Shown here: one piece after another, positions 31,369-32,000 of the stretch | Numbering within the stretch: the first letter of the stretch is position 1 | Layout: every line of letters begins with the position of its first letter | Source of the DNA: Xylanibacter ruminicola 23 | Lineage (GTDB): Bacteria > Bacteroidota > Bacteroidia > Bacteroidales > Bacteroidaceae | NCBI RefSeq assembly: GCF_000025925.1 | Contig: NC_014033.1 | Location: forward strand, 3,180,001 to 3,212,000 | Length of the DNA: 32,000 bases | Reading direction: 5' to 3' | The notes under the pieces: model-generated | Told to the model about the DNA's origin: nothing | The model's input: only the letters and a program-made list of their open reading frames with translations | The model's database searches: none | Made by a program: the position numbers and the translations under genes

Positions 31369-32000
31369 TTATCCGAAGAACAAGTATGCTATTGCGATGG
31401 CAGCGATGATGCCAGCCAAGTCGGCTAATAGTCCGCATGCCACAGCGTGACGTGTTTTTACAATGCCTACGCTACCAAAATAAACAGCGAGGATATAAAA
31501 GGTGGTATCGGTAGAGCCCTGGAAAATACAGCTCAGTCGGCCTACAAACGAGTCGGCGCCATAGGTCGTCATGGCATCGACCATCATGCCGCGAGCGCCA
31601 CTGCCCGAGAGTGGTTTCATCAGCGCAGTGGGCAGCGCACCTACAAAATCGGTATTACCACCGCAGGCCTCTACACCATATTTCACGCCATCAATCAGCA
31701 TGTCCATCGCACCTGAGGCACGGAACACACCGATGCCCACCAGGATGGCTACCAGGTAGGGGATGATACGTACGGCAGTAGTAAAGCCCTCTTTGGCACC
31801 CTCGATAAACGCATCGTACACATTAATCTTCTTGCGAACGCCTGCCAGTATAAAGGCGATGATAATCAGCATCAGCATAATGTTAGCGGCGCTGGTGCTC
31901 ACTTTGTTCATCAATATCGAGTCCATCTGTCCGAAGCCCCAGATAACTGTGGCTACCACCAGAGCTGCACCGCCAAGGGTAAGCAGCATGGTTTTATTGA
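31369..32000 (-). CDS. Nucleoside-recognition-domain membrane protein (SpmA/SpmB-like), 5'-truncated by the window edge
   Basis: SpmB-like sequence (ALMKPLSGSGARGMMVDAMTTYGADSFVGRL...STDTTFYILAVYFGSVGI). The reading frame stays open upstream of the ATG at 31989 to the end of the window. Confidence 0.75.
   Translation of the reverse strand, partial: NKTMLLTLGGAALVVATVIWGFGQMDSILMNKVSTSAANIMLMLIIIAFILAGVRKKINVYDAFIEGAKEGFTTAVRIIPYLVAILVGIGVFRASGAMDMLIDGVKYGVEACGGNTDFVGALPTALMKPLSGSGARGMMVDAMTTYGADSFVGRLSCIFQGSTDTTFYILAVYFGSVGIVKTRHAVACGLLADLAGIIAAIAIAYLFFG

Overview
This is a 32-kb chromosomal segment that looks like a Bacteroidales genome. The call rests on TAnnTTTG -7 promoter boxes in front of most transcription units, A/T-rich leaders with little Shine-Dalgarno signal, and gene content. 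It looks Prevotellaceae-like, but taxonomy cannot be verified here. Most of the window is ordinary housekeeping DNA. A long minus-strand array (17-6708) carries topA, aroK and speA, followed by an RsbW-like kinase / STAS / RelA-SpoT-domain operon. After that come a Nudix hydrolase, two carbohydrate-esterase-like genes, a small membrane protein, a thioredoxin-fold lipoprotein, pnp, rplM-rpsI, rpsB-tsf, a PfkB kinase, a DEAD-box helicase behind an exported flavodoxin-like gene, and a LOG-family gene. The right end holds an S46 dipeptidyl-peptidase, a MOP-family flippase and a SpmA/SpmB-like membrane protein that runs off the window. The unusual part is 21.2-27.7 kb, an accessory cassette with no integrase or tRNA, bounded by two convergent terminators. 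It encodes an HU-like DNA-binding protein and a 34-aa membrane peptide that the ORF track missed. It also encodes a translationally coupled pair of unrecognisable proteins (326 and 188 aa), two more unknown ORFs (46 and 145 aa), a 754-aa VirE_N/DUF3987-type primase-helicase-like protein, and a DUF5675-like protein with a His...Cys motif. The cassette carries dense non-coding architecture: a perfect 37-bp A/T palindrome, 22-bp-phased TCGCAA repeats, five helically phased ACTTGTA iterons, three copies of a bipartite TGTGAC-N8/9-TGTGACA site, two paralogous promoter/leader copies, and tandem (C/G)ATTAAA heptad leaders abutting start codons. I consider this cassette, and separately the partner-switching module coupled to an alarmone-synthetase-like gene at the left edge, the best candidates for undescribed biology. 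All family names come from motif reading and memory. No database search was possible.
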